64,000 nt of DNA from the human T2T-CHM13v2.0 reference genome, Homo sapiens (GCF_009914755.1 NC_060929.1); one strand, 5' to 3'. Counted from the stretch's first letter, positions 28,940 to 41,586 are shown. Notes: generated by a model from the letters alone, not told the origin. Program-made: numbers and translations.

Positions 28940-29710
28940 TGCAGTCTCCTATATGTTTGTTATATGGCGCCATCCCTCAAGAAAACCAAACAATTGGTGA
29001 CAGCCTGATTACACTGGACCCTTTTCACCTTGAAATCCGCATGTATTCTGGATGTGGGTTTTCCTTACCTTCTCACAGGGAAGTCAGCATCACTATCCAG
29101 CAGCTTAGAGAGTGTTTGATCCACCAGCTCAGGATTGGCATAACATTGTATCAGACCAAGGAACCCTTTACAGCAAAAGAGGAGTGAAAGTAGACACATG
29201 ACCATAGGACCCACCAGCCTTATCAAATACCATACCACCCAGAAACTGCCTGTCTAGTAGAGTGATAGAATGACCTTGTGAAGACATAAGTGAAGTGTCA
29301 ATTTGGAGATGATAACTTGTGAGGATGGGGTGTAAGTGCAGCATATCCCTTAACCATCATTGTATAGTGCTGTGTGTCCAAGAGACAGAATGAATGGATC
29401 CAGCGATGAAGGCTTGAAAGTTGGAGTAGTGCCATTTACCTTTTGAAGCCCATGTGAAGAATTTGGGCTTCCAGTCCCCACAACTTTGGGATCTGTGGGT
29501 TTAGAGGTCCTGCTTCTCAGAAGATGAACACTTTTATCAAGGGCCAGCTTAACAGTCCTATGAAACTTTAAGCTGTGGCTGCCACCCCATCACTTCAGGT
29601 TCCTCAGGCCAAGAGAACAGCAGTGAAAAGAAGGGGTCACCATCCTGGCAGGGATAATTGGTCCTGAAAGAAAATAGTAAGGCTGCTGCTACCCAATGGG
29701 GGTGTGGAAA
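28940..29710 (+). pseudogene. ERVL integrase and dUTPase remnants
   Basis: ORF 28939-29187 has YSGCGFSLP, LRECLIH and FTAKE (ERV-L integrase YSGYGFAFP/LTECLIH/FTAKE). ~29560-29700 reads KLWLPPHHF and GVTILAGIIGP (dUTPase-like). Confidence 0.75.
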
Positions 29711-30119
29711 AATCTGGTTGGCACTTAGGTGGCTCACTCGGGAGTTTCTTAGTACTCCTTTGCTCAATTTTGAGAGTGAATGGAAAAGTATAGAAGTCAT
29801 GGACTGAGAACATGTCCCGCAGTGATGAGGTCTGGGTCACCCCCCAAGTTAAGCTGCCTTGACCAGCAGAGACACTAGCTTGGGATGAAGAGGGTCAAGA
29901 ATGAGGGCTCAAGAAGAGGGTCGAGATACAGTAGGAAAGCAATGCACTGAGTATCAGTTGTGGTCTTGACACCAGCTGCCCCACTAACACCTCCCTCTCT
30001 CACATAAACTTCTGCAGGAAGAGATGACCAATCAGAATCTTGGTAGACTTCCCCACAGAGAAAGCACACCAGATCAAGTACAGCCCAACCATTGTGCCAC
30101 TTGTATTTCTGTACAAGTG

Positions 30120-30557
30120 GATATAAATCTGGTGTGCTGTCCACATCCTCCCTTCAGGACTGAGGGACTCATTCCCATAGTGGCTGGACTGCTGATGGCT
30201 GCTAGTTCTCAGCTGAATCTCTGCCTGGGTATTAGCTGAAGGGACCCATTCACTCAAGGTCATGACCCCCACCTGAGGGCAGCCCACAGCAAATGGCTGG
30301 TCAATGTGGAGTTATAAAGTCTCAATCCCTTGAGACTTGGGTGGTCCAAGTCAGAAGGACCATCCCAGCTCCAGAGAACCCTGTAGGATTGGCTGAGTCT
30401 TTTGTCGCTATTGTAATACAGTTCAACTACTCCTTGTGCCCATTCCTATATCTTGTGCTCCTCCATAGTTGTTGATCCCAAGGATACTTTCCAAGAACTT
30501 TCCCTCCTGAAAATATTCATCTCAGAGTCTGTTTCCCAAGGAATGCATCTGAAGTCA
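30120..30557 (+). mobile_element. ERVL 3' LTR (LTR16 family)
   Basis: cccttcaggactgagggactcattccc; tataaag; ccatcccagctccagag; tctcagagtctgtttccc. Collinear with the LTR at 25081. Confidence 0.8.
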
Positions 30558-30679
30558 TACTGTTTCTTAGTCTGATAAATCAGCAAAGAGCAGAGACCCC
30601 ATTCAAACTCTTTACACGCAGACACACAATGGTACTTCAGTATACGATTCTGGTGTGTAGTCTTATTTAGTTGGGGGCT

Positions 30680-30870
30680 GTTGTAAGTACTTTACATGTC
30701 TCAGTTTATTTAATCATTTCAACAATTCTGGGAGGTTGCTACGTGTCATTCCCAATTTACAGATGAGGAAATTGAGGCAGAGAGTTTAGGTGCCTTTCTG
30801 AATTCATACAAGTAGTTACTGTCAAAGGTGAGATTTGAGATTTATCATTCTGCCTCCTACTATGCTATGC
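30680..30870 (-). mobile_element. MIR SINE
   Basis: cccaatttacagatgaggaaattgaggcagagag. Confidence 0.8.
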
Positions 30871-33625
30871 TGTTGTAAAGCTTTTGGAACACAAGAAGGT
30901 GTGTGTGTGCTGGAGGCTCCTAAGCCATCATTAGTGTACGTGAGACTGTGAGTAAGAGCTTCCCAAGCATACATGATCCATTCCTCAGTTTACCTGTGGG
31001 GAAGCTAACCTAGTAGTCATCATGGTTTATTCTCAGGTGGAGACAGGGGAATAATTTAACTTGGTTACCTGTTAAAGATGCATTTAGCTATTAGAGGATT
31101 TTAAGTGACCTAGATTTGTGTGTTTTATTGGCCATGAGAACAAAGAGGTAAATGGTAGCAAAGAGACAGTAGTTTTTTTTCTGCTTTGACTCCAGTATTT
31201 CTTGATGCTATTGACCAGGTGATAGTTAAAAGCCATGCTTGGTTCTCTTACCTCTTCTTACCCTCTATAAGAGTGAAGGTTGAATAGAGATTATTTCAGG
31301 GAGTGGAGAAAGTTAGAGACTCTCATAAACCTAGAGTTTCCAGCCTTAATCTAAATTGTTTTTGCACAAAGCTAACTTTGATTATATAATATTCTGTTAC
31401 AAATAAAGTTGGCATTAGAGTACTGCAGACAGCTGTTGAATGATAGGTTCAACAGCTATCTGTTGATTGCAGCCCTCATAAAGATTTCATTTTTGTACTT
31501 TCATTTAAATTGATAATTAAATTTAAAGACATCAATCTTTATTAATTACAGAATGTGCCTAAACCCTGACCATGAGGATAGTTATTGTGGTAAAGTCTCT
31601 TGGTGCTGTCTGTCCAGTTATGAAACTTTTCTTCATTCACTTGTGCCTGATTTTCACAAGTGATATTCATTGTAGTTTGTGCCTGTGGCCTACAGAAGAA
31701 AGCCACCTGTTTAACTATTTAAATAGTTATAAGCCCATAGTTGCCTGAAATAACCTAGTCTTTCGTAGAAAGGTATGAAATTCCCTTTTCTGGGAATTGT
31801 TTTTTGTTTCTGATTCTTGCCCTTGGTAACATTTATGCTACTATATTATTTCTATGCTATGTGCGTTAGTTAAACCAGCATAAAAATTAACAGAAGACTT
31901 CACAAAAAAGCCAGGCCAGATGTCCCCTTGCTTAGCTCCTTTTATCCTCTTTCCGCTGACTTCACATGTTGGTAATGGCTATGTATTTGGGTATATTTCT
32001 GGATTAAACATTTTAAAAGCTAACTGTTGCCTTCTGGTACTTGTTATTCCTGTTACCAATAGTTCCTAGTATTGTTAAAAAGTCCCTGATGAGTCAGTTC
32101 AAAAGGTTAGGGTTTAGTGAGAGGGATAGTACATTTCTTTTTGGTGGAAACTATTAACATATATAAGTCTTTGGCTTTTTTTTTTATCATTATTTCTTAA
32201 AACTTTGAAAGTATATTAATGAGTCAAATCAGCTTCCTTAAACATCAGTGAAATGTTTGGATTAACAATTTTTAAATTTTTATTTTAAAAAGCTTTAATG
32301 TTGTGAGGAAAAAAATTACTGGGGGAGGTACTCAAGAGAGCCTTTTGGGGTCCTGGAAATTCTTTATATCCTATGGTGGTTAATGATCTGTGTGTGTGTG
32401 TGTGTATGTGTGTGTGTATTTATATGTATATATGTAGAAATTAATTGAGCTGTATGTTTAAAACTTATTCTCTATACTGTGTATATATTACAACACAGTA
32501 AGGCAAATTAATATTTTCTAGTTTTGAAGCATCTTTTATTTTAAAGCATTTAGAACATGAGATAAGGTAAGTGATAGGATTTTTTTAAAGTTGTAAAGCA
32601 CTGTGCAACTAAAAGACACCACAATCTAGAAATAGAAATAGCATATTTGGTATACAAAGTGGGTTGTCCTCCACCCTGTAGGCATGGATCTTTTAAACCC
32701 TGGTTTAGCCCCTCAGCCTGTTGCCAGAGAGTGAATTCTCTTTGTGCTGAGATGACTCTTAGCTCTGCCCCTGCTGTGGGCCTTAAAGGTTTAATTCTAG
32801 GGCAATTAACCCACAGATCCTTTTCAAAGCTTGTCACCTTACTATGACTATGAAAGAGCACATATTGTCCCTGGTATGATCATGAACAAAGTTTCCAACA
32901 ATTGAAGGGGAGTTCAGTGGAGTCAGGAACTGTATTAAGGAAATATATTACAGGGGCAGAGAGAGCACCTCCTAAGAGTGTAATGAGGAAGAGAACAGAC
33001 TAGAACACTCCCATTCCTGTTAAAGCTTTGTTAAGCATTTTATGACAGAAAACTGCTAGTGCAGGCAGGTTAATGAAGAGAGAAGATGAAAAACTGTTCT
33101 GTGAGTTTCAAACTAGGTCTATCATTAAAAGAGGTTTAAGTGTCACTTGCAAGCCAGTACTTTGGAGACTGAAAAGTTGTAGTATACCCTTTTAGTGTGA
33201 ATCTTGCTGACAGGGTCAGCCTGAACAATAGGGCTTTGATAGACAGCCTGCATCCCTTTTGCTATGACAGGGTTTGATCTCTTATCTCTTATGATTTCTG
33301 ACTCTCTTTTCCCCATTGTCTCTGTACTGTTCCATTCATTCCCACTGCTTGCTATTTGATAATGATTTCTCTAACAACCTTTTTTTTTTTCTTTTTTAAT
33401 ACCTCTGCACTTTCTGCCTATTTCTTTCCATTTTTAAGTCCTTTCTCTAGCTTGTTTTGAGCCAGTTTCAGGGCAAATTCTTGCCTGTCTTCCTCTCATC
33501 TGTTTCTCAGCTAGATCAGGTTTCATATCTCTTACTACTTCAGCCCATATAAGTTTTCCCTTTCCTGTTGTAGTTACCGTCTGACTTTCAATGTGGCACT
33601 TAATTATATAATTTCTGATCTTATT

Positions 33626-33950
33626 TGTTTTTTTAAATTTTTAAAAATTAAAAATTTTTTAGAGACAAGATCTAACTCTATTGCCTAGGCTGGAGTACAG
33701 TGGTGTGATCATACCTTACTGCAAGCTTGAACTCCTGGGCTCAAGCAATTCTCTCCCCTCAGTCTCCCTAGTAGCTAGGACTACAGGCATGCACCACCAT
33801 GCCTGGCAAGTTAACAAAATTTTTTTTTTTGTAGAGATGGGGTCTTAGTATGTTGCCCAGGCTGGTCCCAAACTCCTGGCTTCAGTTGATCCTCCAGCCT
33901 CAGCCTCCCAAAGTGCTGGAATTACAGGTGTTAAGTCACTGCACCCAGCC
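33626..33950 (-). mobile_element. AluJ
   Basis: Dimeric, diverged Alu; ctcctgggctcaagcaatt and atgttgcccaggctgg. Confidence 0.93.
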
Positions 33951-35575
33951 CTGTTATTTCTTAAGTGATTCATATTTATGCCTTATTTCTCCAGTTTTCT
34001 TGGAGGGAAAGCATCACCTTCATTTTCTATCTACTTTAGGGGATAACACAGTGCTTTACATATAGTAAGCAATAAAACTACATCTGTGGGATAAACAAAT
34101 TTATATTCAGGTTCCTATAATGTCAGGTACTCAATCCTTTGTTTAAAGTTAATGCCATGTAAAAATAGGTAATAGGGGTATTATATTTGAATTTCAAGCA
34201 ATCTTGTGCTTAAGGTTATATTCTGTATTTTCTTTTTATTTTCCTTTTACAATTTAATCTGACAGTGGGGCCAATTTTATAGGTGTAGGAAATCCTTTGT
34301 CAAATATAGTCTTCCAGTAAATACATGTTTTAAATAATGCAATGTGGATATGGCTCATTATAGTCTCTAAATAATTACCAGGGCCCTTCAGTAAGGGAAA
34401 TACTTTTCTGATGGATCATTAGGAATACATTTGTGGCAGACTTTTAAACCATTACTAATCATAGAGATGGTCTTAATTGCTTTCGAAGTGAAGAATTCTT
34501 TGAAATGTGAAGAATCACTTGCTAAACTTTCTGATTTGCTAGACTAGGTTTTCCTAAATTGGCCTAGTTTAAAATGGGCATACCTGTGCTTAAAAAGATC
34601 CAGAGACCTTCCACCTATCTGCAAATACAAAATTAGCAGTAATAACTGACAATCAGCCTCCTTTCCCTCTGTCAGTTATAGGGACTATTTAAGGCTATAT
34701 CTTTTTCATGCTCTTGAAGTAATGTGAGGTTTAGATTTGACTCCCTTTAATCTGAAACACTGACTTAGCTCCAAACCACTTAACAGCCTGCCATTTTGCA
34801 CTGGGAGGGGAAAAACAGCAATGTAATTTACTGTCCACATTTTATAGTTTTCCCTTAAAAAAAAAAAAAACTTGCTTACACAGTTCCTGTATTTGCACAG
34901 ACTAGAGAGTGAAATGGCTTTTAAATGCAGCCCTGGCTGGGCAATGCCAGGAACCCACAGCAGCTGACAGGCCACTCTAGCTGGGGAAAGGCAGTCAGAG
35001 GTAAAGAGCATCTCTGGGAATAAAGGTGTCAGGGAGAGAGTGTGAGGGAAGATGTAGGCGGCACAGGTGGGAAGGACAGAGGGTCATGGCTGGCCTACGC
35101 TTCATAACTTACGTGCACATCTAGACACATCTTGATAACGATCCTGTCATCATTTTAGTCAGGCAGAAGCATTTCCTGGGCCCTGACTCATTGCTTGGGA
35201 ATTTCTTCACCATTACCCTGTCTGAACCCTGGTCTCTTAGAGATCTAGCCAAAAGAACCTCTGGCCTTATATATTATCTCTATTACTGAATGAACAGTGT
35301 CTGTCTTGGGCCTTGTCTAGGAAAACGGAATAAGAGGCAGGATTCTTGAAGTCTCACCTTCAGAATCATGCTCCACCCCGCTAGAACTTTACCCTGACTC
35401 CTGGTCCCTGTGCCCTACTGCCTCACATTTTTCAACTTCTCCTGCTCCATATTCCCTTCCAGCTCCATCCATTCATGGAGCAGTTACTAAACATCTGATA
35501 TGGGAACCCACCCACTGGACTAGTAAGGAACCCTGTATTAGTCAGGGTTCTTCAGAGAAACAGAACCAATAGGAT

Positions 35576-35577
<2 letters not shown>

Positions 35578-35615
<38 letters not shown>

Positions 35616-36450
35616 ATATGTGTATGTATGCACATGCCCAGTTAATTTTTAATTGTTCATGTATATATAATTAAACATATATGTATATTAATTTACATAT
35701 TTATATACATATGCATAGTAAATGTGTATGTAAATACATATATGCATATATTTAACTTAAATATATACACATGTGTGTATATGTATAAAATATATTTTAT
35801 ATATACACACACACATATGTATATATGTACACACACCTGTCTTCCTGTGTGTATATATACATATATACATACACCAATGTATACATTTTTACATATGGCT
35901 CTTGGTTTACATGTATACATACATGAAGACAAAATCGACAGGATGTATGCGTGTATGTATGTGTATATACGGATGTATATATGTATATATGTGCATGTGT
36001 ATATCCAGATGTATATGTGTGTATGTGTGTGTATGTGTATATACAGATGTGTATATATATGTATACACATACACACACATCCTGTTGATTCCGTCTTCAT
36101 GTATGTATACATGTAAACCAAGAGCTGTATGTATATATGTATACATTGGTGTATGTATATATGTATACATACACATGGGAAGACAGGTGTGTATATATAC
36201 ATATATATGTGTGTATGTATATAAAATATGTTTATATTACACATATATACACAAATATATGTGTATTTTAAGAATTTAAGATTTATTTTAAGAAACTGGC
36301 TTATGTGATTGTGGAGACTGGAAAGCATGTGTGTATGTATGTGTGTGTGTGTGTGTCTATGTGTGTGTGTGTGTGTGTGTCTATGTGTGTGTGTATGTGC
36401 ATACATGCACATGCCCCAATAGTGTGTGTGTATCTATCTATCCATCTATC
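35578..36450. repeat. Complex (TG)n/(TA)n/(CA)n tract containing a long inverted repeat
   Basis: Read directly; source of the spurious Y/I/H/T-rich ORFs. Confidence 0.95.
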
Positions 36451-36771
36451 TTTTTTTAATTAAAAAATTTTAAGAGACAGGGTCTTGCTCTGTCACCCAG
36501 GCTGGAGTGCAGTGGTGCAATCGTAGCTCACGGTAGCCTTCACTCCTGGGCTCAAGTGGTCCTTCCATCTCAGCCTTCAGAATAACTAGCCCTACAGGTG
36601 TGTGCCACTACATCTGGGTAATTAAACTTTTTTTTTTTTTTTTTTTTTTTTGTAGAGAGGGAGGTCTTGCTGTGTTGCCTAGGCTGGTCTTGAACTCCAG
36701 GCCTAAAGCAATCCTCCTGCCTTCACTTCCCAATGCGCTGGGATTACAGGCATGAGCCACCACACCCAGCC
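36451..36771 (-). mobile_element. AluJ with expanded middle A tract
   Basis: Dimeric Alu flanked by ctatct repeats. Confidence 0.93.
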
Positions 36772-36840
36772 TATCTATCTTGATTTGTTTTAAGGATTTG
36801 GCTCGTGTAGATGCGGAGATTGGCAAATCCAAATTATGCA

Positions 36841-36968
36841 AGCCAGGCATGATGGTTCACACCTGTAATCTCAGCACTTTGGGTGGGCGATGTGAGAGGA
36901 TCGCTTGAAGCCAGGAGTTTGAGACTAGCTTGGCCAACAAAGCAAGACCCTGTCTCTACAAAAATAAA
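36841..36968 (+). mobile_element. Alu left monomer (FLAM-like)
   Basis: cacacctgtaatctcagcactttggg...gaggatcgcttgaagccaggagtttgagac...ctctacaaaaataaa. Confidence 0.85.
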
Positions 36969-37509
36969 CCAGGGAAGTGTTGAGGTTGAAGCTTAAGTCT
37001 GAAGACAGTCTGGAGACATAATTCTCTCTTCCTTAGGGAAGGTCAGCCTTTATTCTCAGCCTTTATTCTATTAAAGCCCTCAAATGATTGGATGAGGCCC
37101 AACAACATTATGAGGGTAATATACTTCACTTAAAGTTTCATGATTTAAATATTAATCTCACTATCCCTAGTCAAGTAATTATTCCTTCCTCTCCATTTCC
37201 AAAGCCCTTTGTTTATAACTGCTATGGAACCTACCACAAGGCTCATAACTTGATTTATAGTTGTTTATTTATGTAAGCATCTTCCTAACTAGACATTTAT
37301 TAATCAAGGACAAGGGCCCATATTATTTTCCTTTGTCAGAGTCACTATCTGTGATGACTGATTTTATGTATTAATTTGGGTAGGCTATAGTACCCACATA
37401 TTGAAGGGACAGGATTCACAGTATGAGAAATTCTTCAAACACAGAATGCACGTTCACAAGATGCTGGGTGGCCACAAACATGCCTACGTTAGTGAGTGAA
37501 GAAGAGGGA

Positions 37510-38050
37510 GGAATCAAAACTGATTCCAAGTTTTCTCATTTAGCAGCTGGGTGATTGGCGATGTTGTGACCAAGGCAAGGAAAATGGGAGGACTAGATCT
37601 GTGGGACAGAAAGACAAAATTGAGTTTTTGTTTTTGAATACGTTGAAGATATCTGCAGCACATCAGTGTGGAGACAGTTGTACAATAGACAGAAATTTGG
37701 GTTCTAGGCTTAAAATAGCAGATAGGACTAGAGATATAAATTTCGTAACCACCCTATAGATGTGGCAATAGACAAGGCTAAACAGGAAGTATGTAACCCT
37801 AGGAACATCTGCCCCAGAAGGGCAGGTGGAAGAGGAGGAATGCTCGCCCAAGGACTAAGGAGAACAAGTTGGGGAGGTATAAGGAGAATCCAAAGACTGA
37901 GAAATCTACAGTGTCATGGAAATCAAAAGTGCAAAGGAAGAAGGTGGTGAGCAAGAAAGTGAAATGTTACAGAGAGATGAGTAGAGTGAGGACTAAAGGG
38001 CACTGGATTCCCCAGGCAGGAGGTCATTGGTGGTATGCAGAGGTGCTTTG
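37510..38050 (-). mobile_element. L2 fragment
   Basis: tgattccaagttttc..agcagctgggtg; gactagagatataaatt; gagtagagtgaggact. Confidence 0.6.
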
Positions 38051-40468
38051 CCTTAGGCCAAGATCACGACCCATTTAGGGTAGACAGTCACATGCTGTGG
38101 GCCTCTCCTCAGCCCTCACCAATATACAACATTCATCCTTTTGTACCCACCCTTCCCTCAGTCCCCGCAGTGTCCCTTCTCAAGCCCACTTCACCCTATA
38201 TTTCCTAACAACCCTTCCCCAAACCAGCACCCCATTTGAGTCTCAGGTCCCAGCTCTATGCTTTCCCAGACACACCATTCCCCCAGCTACTACCACCATT
38301 ACCATCTCTCTGTCTCCAGTCCCTTTCAGTTCTCTTTGGTATTTTTCTGATTGTAGAATCACTTGTCTAGCACTCGTATATCAGTCCCCAGGCATGAACC
38401 AGTTTCTCTGCTTCCCTTTTTTCCATCCCTATTCCTAGGCATCCTTCCTACCCACCAATGGCACTGTCATTTTCCCCAAAGTCCTACCAATACTTCATGG
38501 ACCAGCCCTCACCTGTACCCAAAGTTTTCCTGGCACCAGGCCTATTGTTCTTAATCTTTGGAGACTTTCCTGGCCAGCCTAGACCTACTTTTCTTTGCTT
38601 GTCTCTCACCTTTCTGGTTTTTCCTCTCACTTGGGATGCTGTTTTACTCCCCGGATTATGGTCCTTCCTTACTTTTGTATCTATCCTTTTTCCTTATCTG
38701 CTAGTTTTTTTAAAAAAAGTTTTAAAAAGCCATTATCTTTCAGAGATACATAATGAAATATTTATTGATGCAGTGCTATGACTGGGACTTAATTCAAAAT
38801 ATTTGGAAGTGGGGGCAAGTGAGTTGATATAAATGAAGAAATGATTGGTCATAAGTTGAAGCTGGTCATGGGTCATTGTTGAAGCTGACCGGTACATGGG
38901 TACATAATTTATATTACTCTCTCTACTTTTATATATGTTTAACATTTTCCAATGAAAGGTTTTAATGCAAATTAAATTGACACAAAGAAAACTAATATTG
39001 ATTAGAAAAGAAAACTTAAATTGATAAAAAATATAATAATACAGATGTGGCAAAAGTCATGGAGGTAATATTTGAATGCCTGGTGTTGGGAAAACACTAA
39101 AACAATAGAAAAGGAGCTCAGAATGGGTGGGGTATGGAGCATTATACCTTGAGGAGGGAGGAAAGAAGCCTTGGTAGTTATATTGTTAAGGCCCTGACCC
39201 TCGTGGTTGTGGAGTCCTTATACTCTTCAGGGAGTAAGGGGTTGAAGAACAGGTGGGACTTGAAAGAACAATTTTGAAACAGCCACTGTGTGGAGGAGGA
39301 AGGAAGCCAGCCAAAGGTTAGCAGCAGCTACGGCTGGAGAACATGAATTTGCAGGAGAGCTACTCACCAGTGTCTTCATGACTTAAATGTCTTCTAAGTG
39401 ACTCTAGGAGCTTTTACAGGTGCTTCAGCCTTTCTGCAAAAAATGAGAAGCATTTTCCTTAAATCAACTAAGATGTAAACTGCCCATGAAACCCATTTGT
39501 CTCTTTAAACTCTGTTTTACATATTGAGTTTCAGGGAGGATTTTCATAGAAAAAAAGTCCACTGTTAAAATAATTTGACGAGATCAGCAATATCCCTGGC
39601 ATAGCTGTGTACTTTCTGGTGTGTTACGCATTTGCTGCTACTTTTGTTGTGGGTGTTAAGTAGGACACACTGTAGCATGAGGGATATTGAGTCAATCTCA
39701 AAGGAAAGAGAATGTTGAGAGTGGCTCTTGCTGTTTGGAGTGGTTTATAGGGCTTTATCTCTCTCTTTGGTTAAGGCAGTGGTTTTCAACCTGTGCGTGT
39801 GCACACATATAATTTCAAGAGGTTCAAAGACAAGCGATTCTAGTCAAAATCCCAAATCCAAGCCCTGTGGCAAGAATGCTTCATGGGAACATGACCACTT
39901 GTGTTTAGCAAACTGAGGGCTTATTTGTGGCTTTCAGAAATGATGAGCAGTGTTGTCATTGAGATTGTTTATTCGAGATTGTTTATTCCACAGGCCTCTA
40001 ATGTTAAAATTTGACTTTCCTATCTTAGTCCAGGAGCACTTACCAAAAGTTTTTCATTTAAGTCTGACTCAAAGTCTGTTATCCCTTTGATGCCAGATAA
40101 TTGCTTTACATACACAACACTGGTAACAGTATGACATGTCCACATAATACAAGTTGTGTTTTATTTTATATTTTTAAAGAAAATTCTGTGTGTACAGACT
40201 TATGTGGTGAATCAGTAGCCGTGGTGGCATGTTTAAGAGGGAGAAGAGAGGTGACTGACATGTATTGAGCACTTAGGATACAGTAGGTGCTCTGTAACTT
40301 ATTTAGTCCACATAGGATTGTCATTAGGCTGATATCACTTTTTCTATTTGAAAATGCAATAACTTTTGCAAATAGAAAATAATCAGAAAGTCTAATACGT
40401 TTGCCCAGAAGACCAGCTAATGAGTGGCTGAGCTGGCATTGAAACCCAGGTAGATCTGTCCTCTAAAG

Positions 40469-40814
40469 CAGCAGTCCCCCACCTTTTTGGCACCAAGGAC
40501 CAGTTTCCTTGAAGACAATTTTTCCACGGATGGATGGCAGTGGGGTGGGGATGGCTTTGGGATGAAACTTCCATCTCAGGTCATCAGACATTAGTTAGAT
40601 TCTCATAAGGAGCCCACAACCTGGATCCCTTGCATGCACAGTTCACAATAGGGTTTCTCCTCCTGTGAGAATCTAATGCTGCCACTGATCTGACAGAAGG
40701 TGGAGCTCAGGCGGTAATGCTCATTCGCCTGCTGCCCACCTTCTGCTGTGCGACCCTGTTCCTAACAGCTCATGGACCACTACCGGTTCTTTGCCTAGGG
40801 GTTGAGGACCCCTG
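40469..40814. mobile_element. MER1B (hAT-Charlie) with 8-bp TSD, inserted at the end of a MIR (~40250-40468)
   Basis: cagcagtcccccacctttttggcacca...gggttgaggacccctg; TSD ctctaaag (40461-40468) / ttctaaag (40815-40822). Confidence 0.92.
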
Positions 40815-41220
40815 TTCTAAAGTTCTTTCTTGATAGAGAACACTGGGTATTTATTGATTTTTAGCCACCTTGTATTCATATCTCTCTTCTTTAGAGAATT
40901 ATTCTCCCATCATCCTCCCACCCCTGCCCCCATTCTATGGTGTGCTGTGAAACTATTCATCAAGGTTCCCGGCTGCATGACCCAAGCTAGGCTAATCACA
41001 TTCTCTGTGAGTTGTTTGAATTTTATATCGAGAGACTCACAGACTGAAAAATTTGCTGGAACTAATTCTTTCTAGTGAACACCATGGAAGAGCTAACTGT
41101 TGGCACCTGCTACCTCGCTTCCCTGAACTACCCTATTGCTTCTCTAGACTTCTCTTTGTTTCTGTAAGTGAAGTGATTCAATATCCTTTAACAAGCCCAT
41201 TTCTTTTGTAGGTTAACTGA

Positions 41221-41586
41221 TGTTTTGGCCTGGATAATGTTCCTTCAAAATACGTATGTTGAAGCTCTAACACCCCCAGTGTGGTGGTATTTGGAGTTAG
41301 GGACCTTGGGAGGTAATTCGGTTTAGATGAGGTCACGAGGGTTGGACCTTCATAATGGAATTAGTGCCCTTACAAGAAGAGACACCTGAGAACTTGTTGC
41401 TGTCTCTTTGCCATGTGAAGACACAGTGAGAAGGTGGCCACTACAAGCTGAAGAGAGCCCTCACCAGAAACCAATTATGCTTGTACCCTTATCTCAGACT
41501 TCCAGCTGATGAGAAAATAAATTGCTGTTGTTTAAGGCACCACAGTCTTTGGTATTTTGTGATGGCAGCCTGGGCTGGCTAGTACA
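41221..41586 (+). mobile_element. MLT1A-like solo LTR
   Basis: caaaatacgtatgttgaagctctaac; gccatgtgaagacacagtgagaagg; ggtattttgtgatggcagcc..agtaca. Confidence 0.85.

Larger units (their letters stand above)
25511..30120 (+). mobile_element. ERVL-class internal region (ERV3-16A3-like), degenerate
   Basis: Protease, RT, integrase and dUTPase remnants in canonical ERV-L order between two related LTRs. Confidence 0.85.
35534..37160 (-). mobile_element. MLT2 (ERVL) LTR expanded by microsatellite and two Alu insertions
   Basis: tgtattagtcagggttcttcagagaaacagaaccaatagga; gatttattttaagaaactggct; gattggatgaggccca; gatttaaatattaatctca. Confidence 0.85.

Noticed and set aside
35693-36412. 239-aa ORF and overlapping ORFs
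   Set aside because: Translations of TA/TG/CA microsatellite. The matching peptides on opposite strands simply reflect the inverted repeat.
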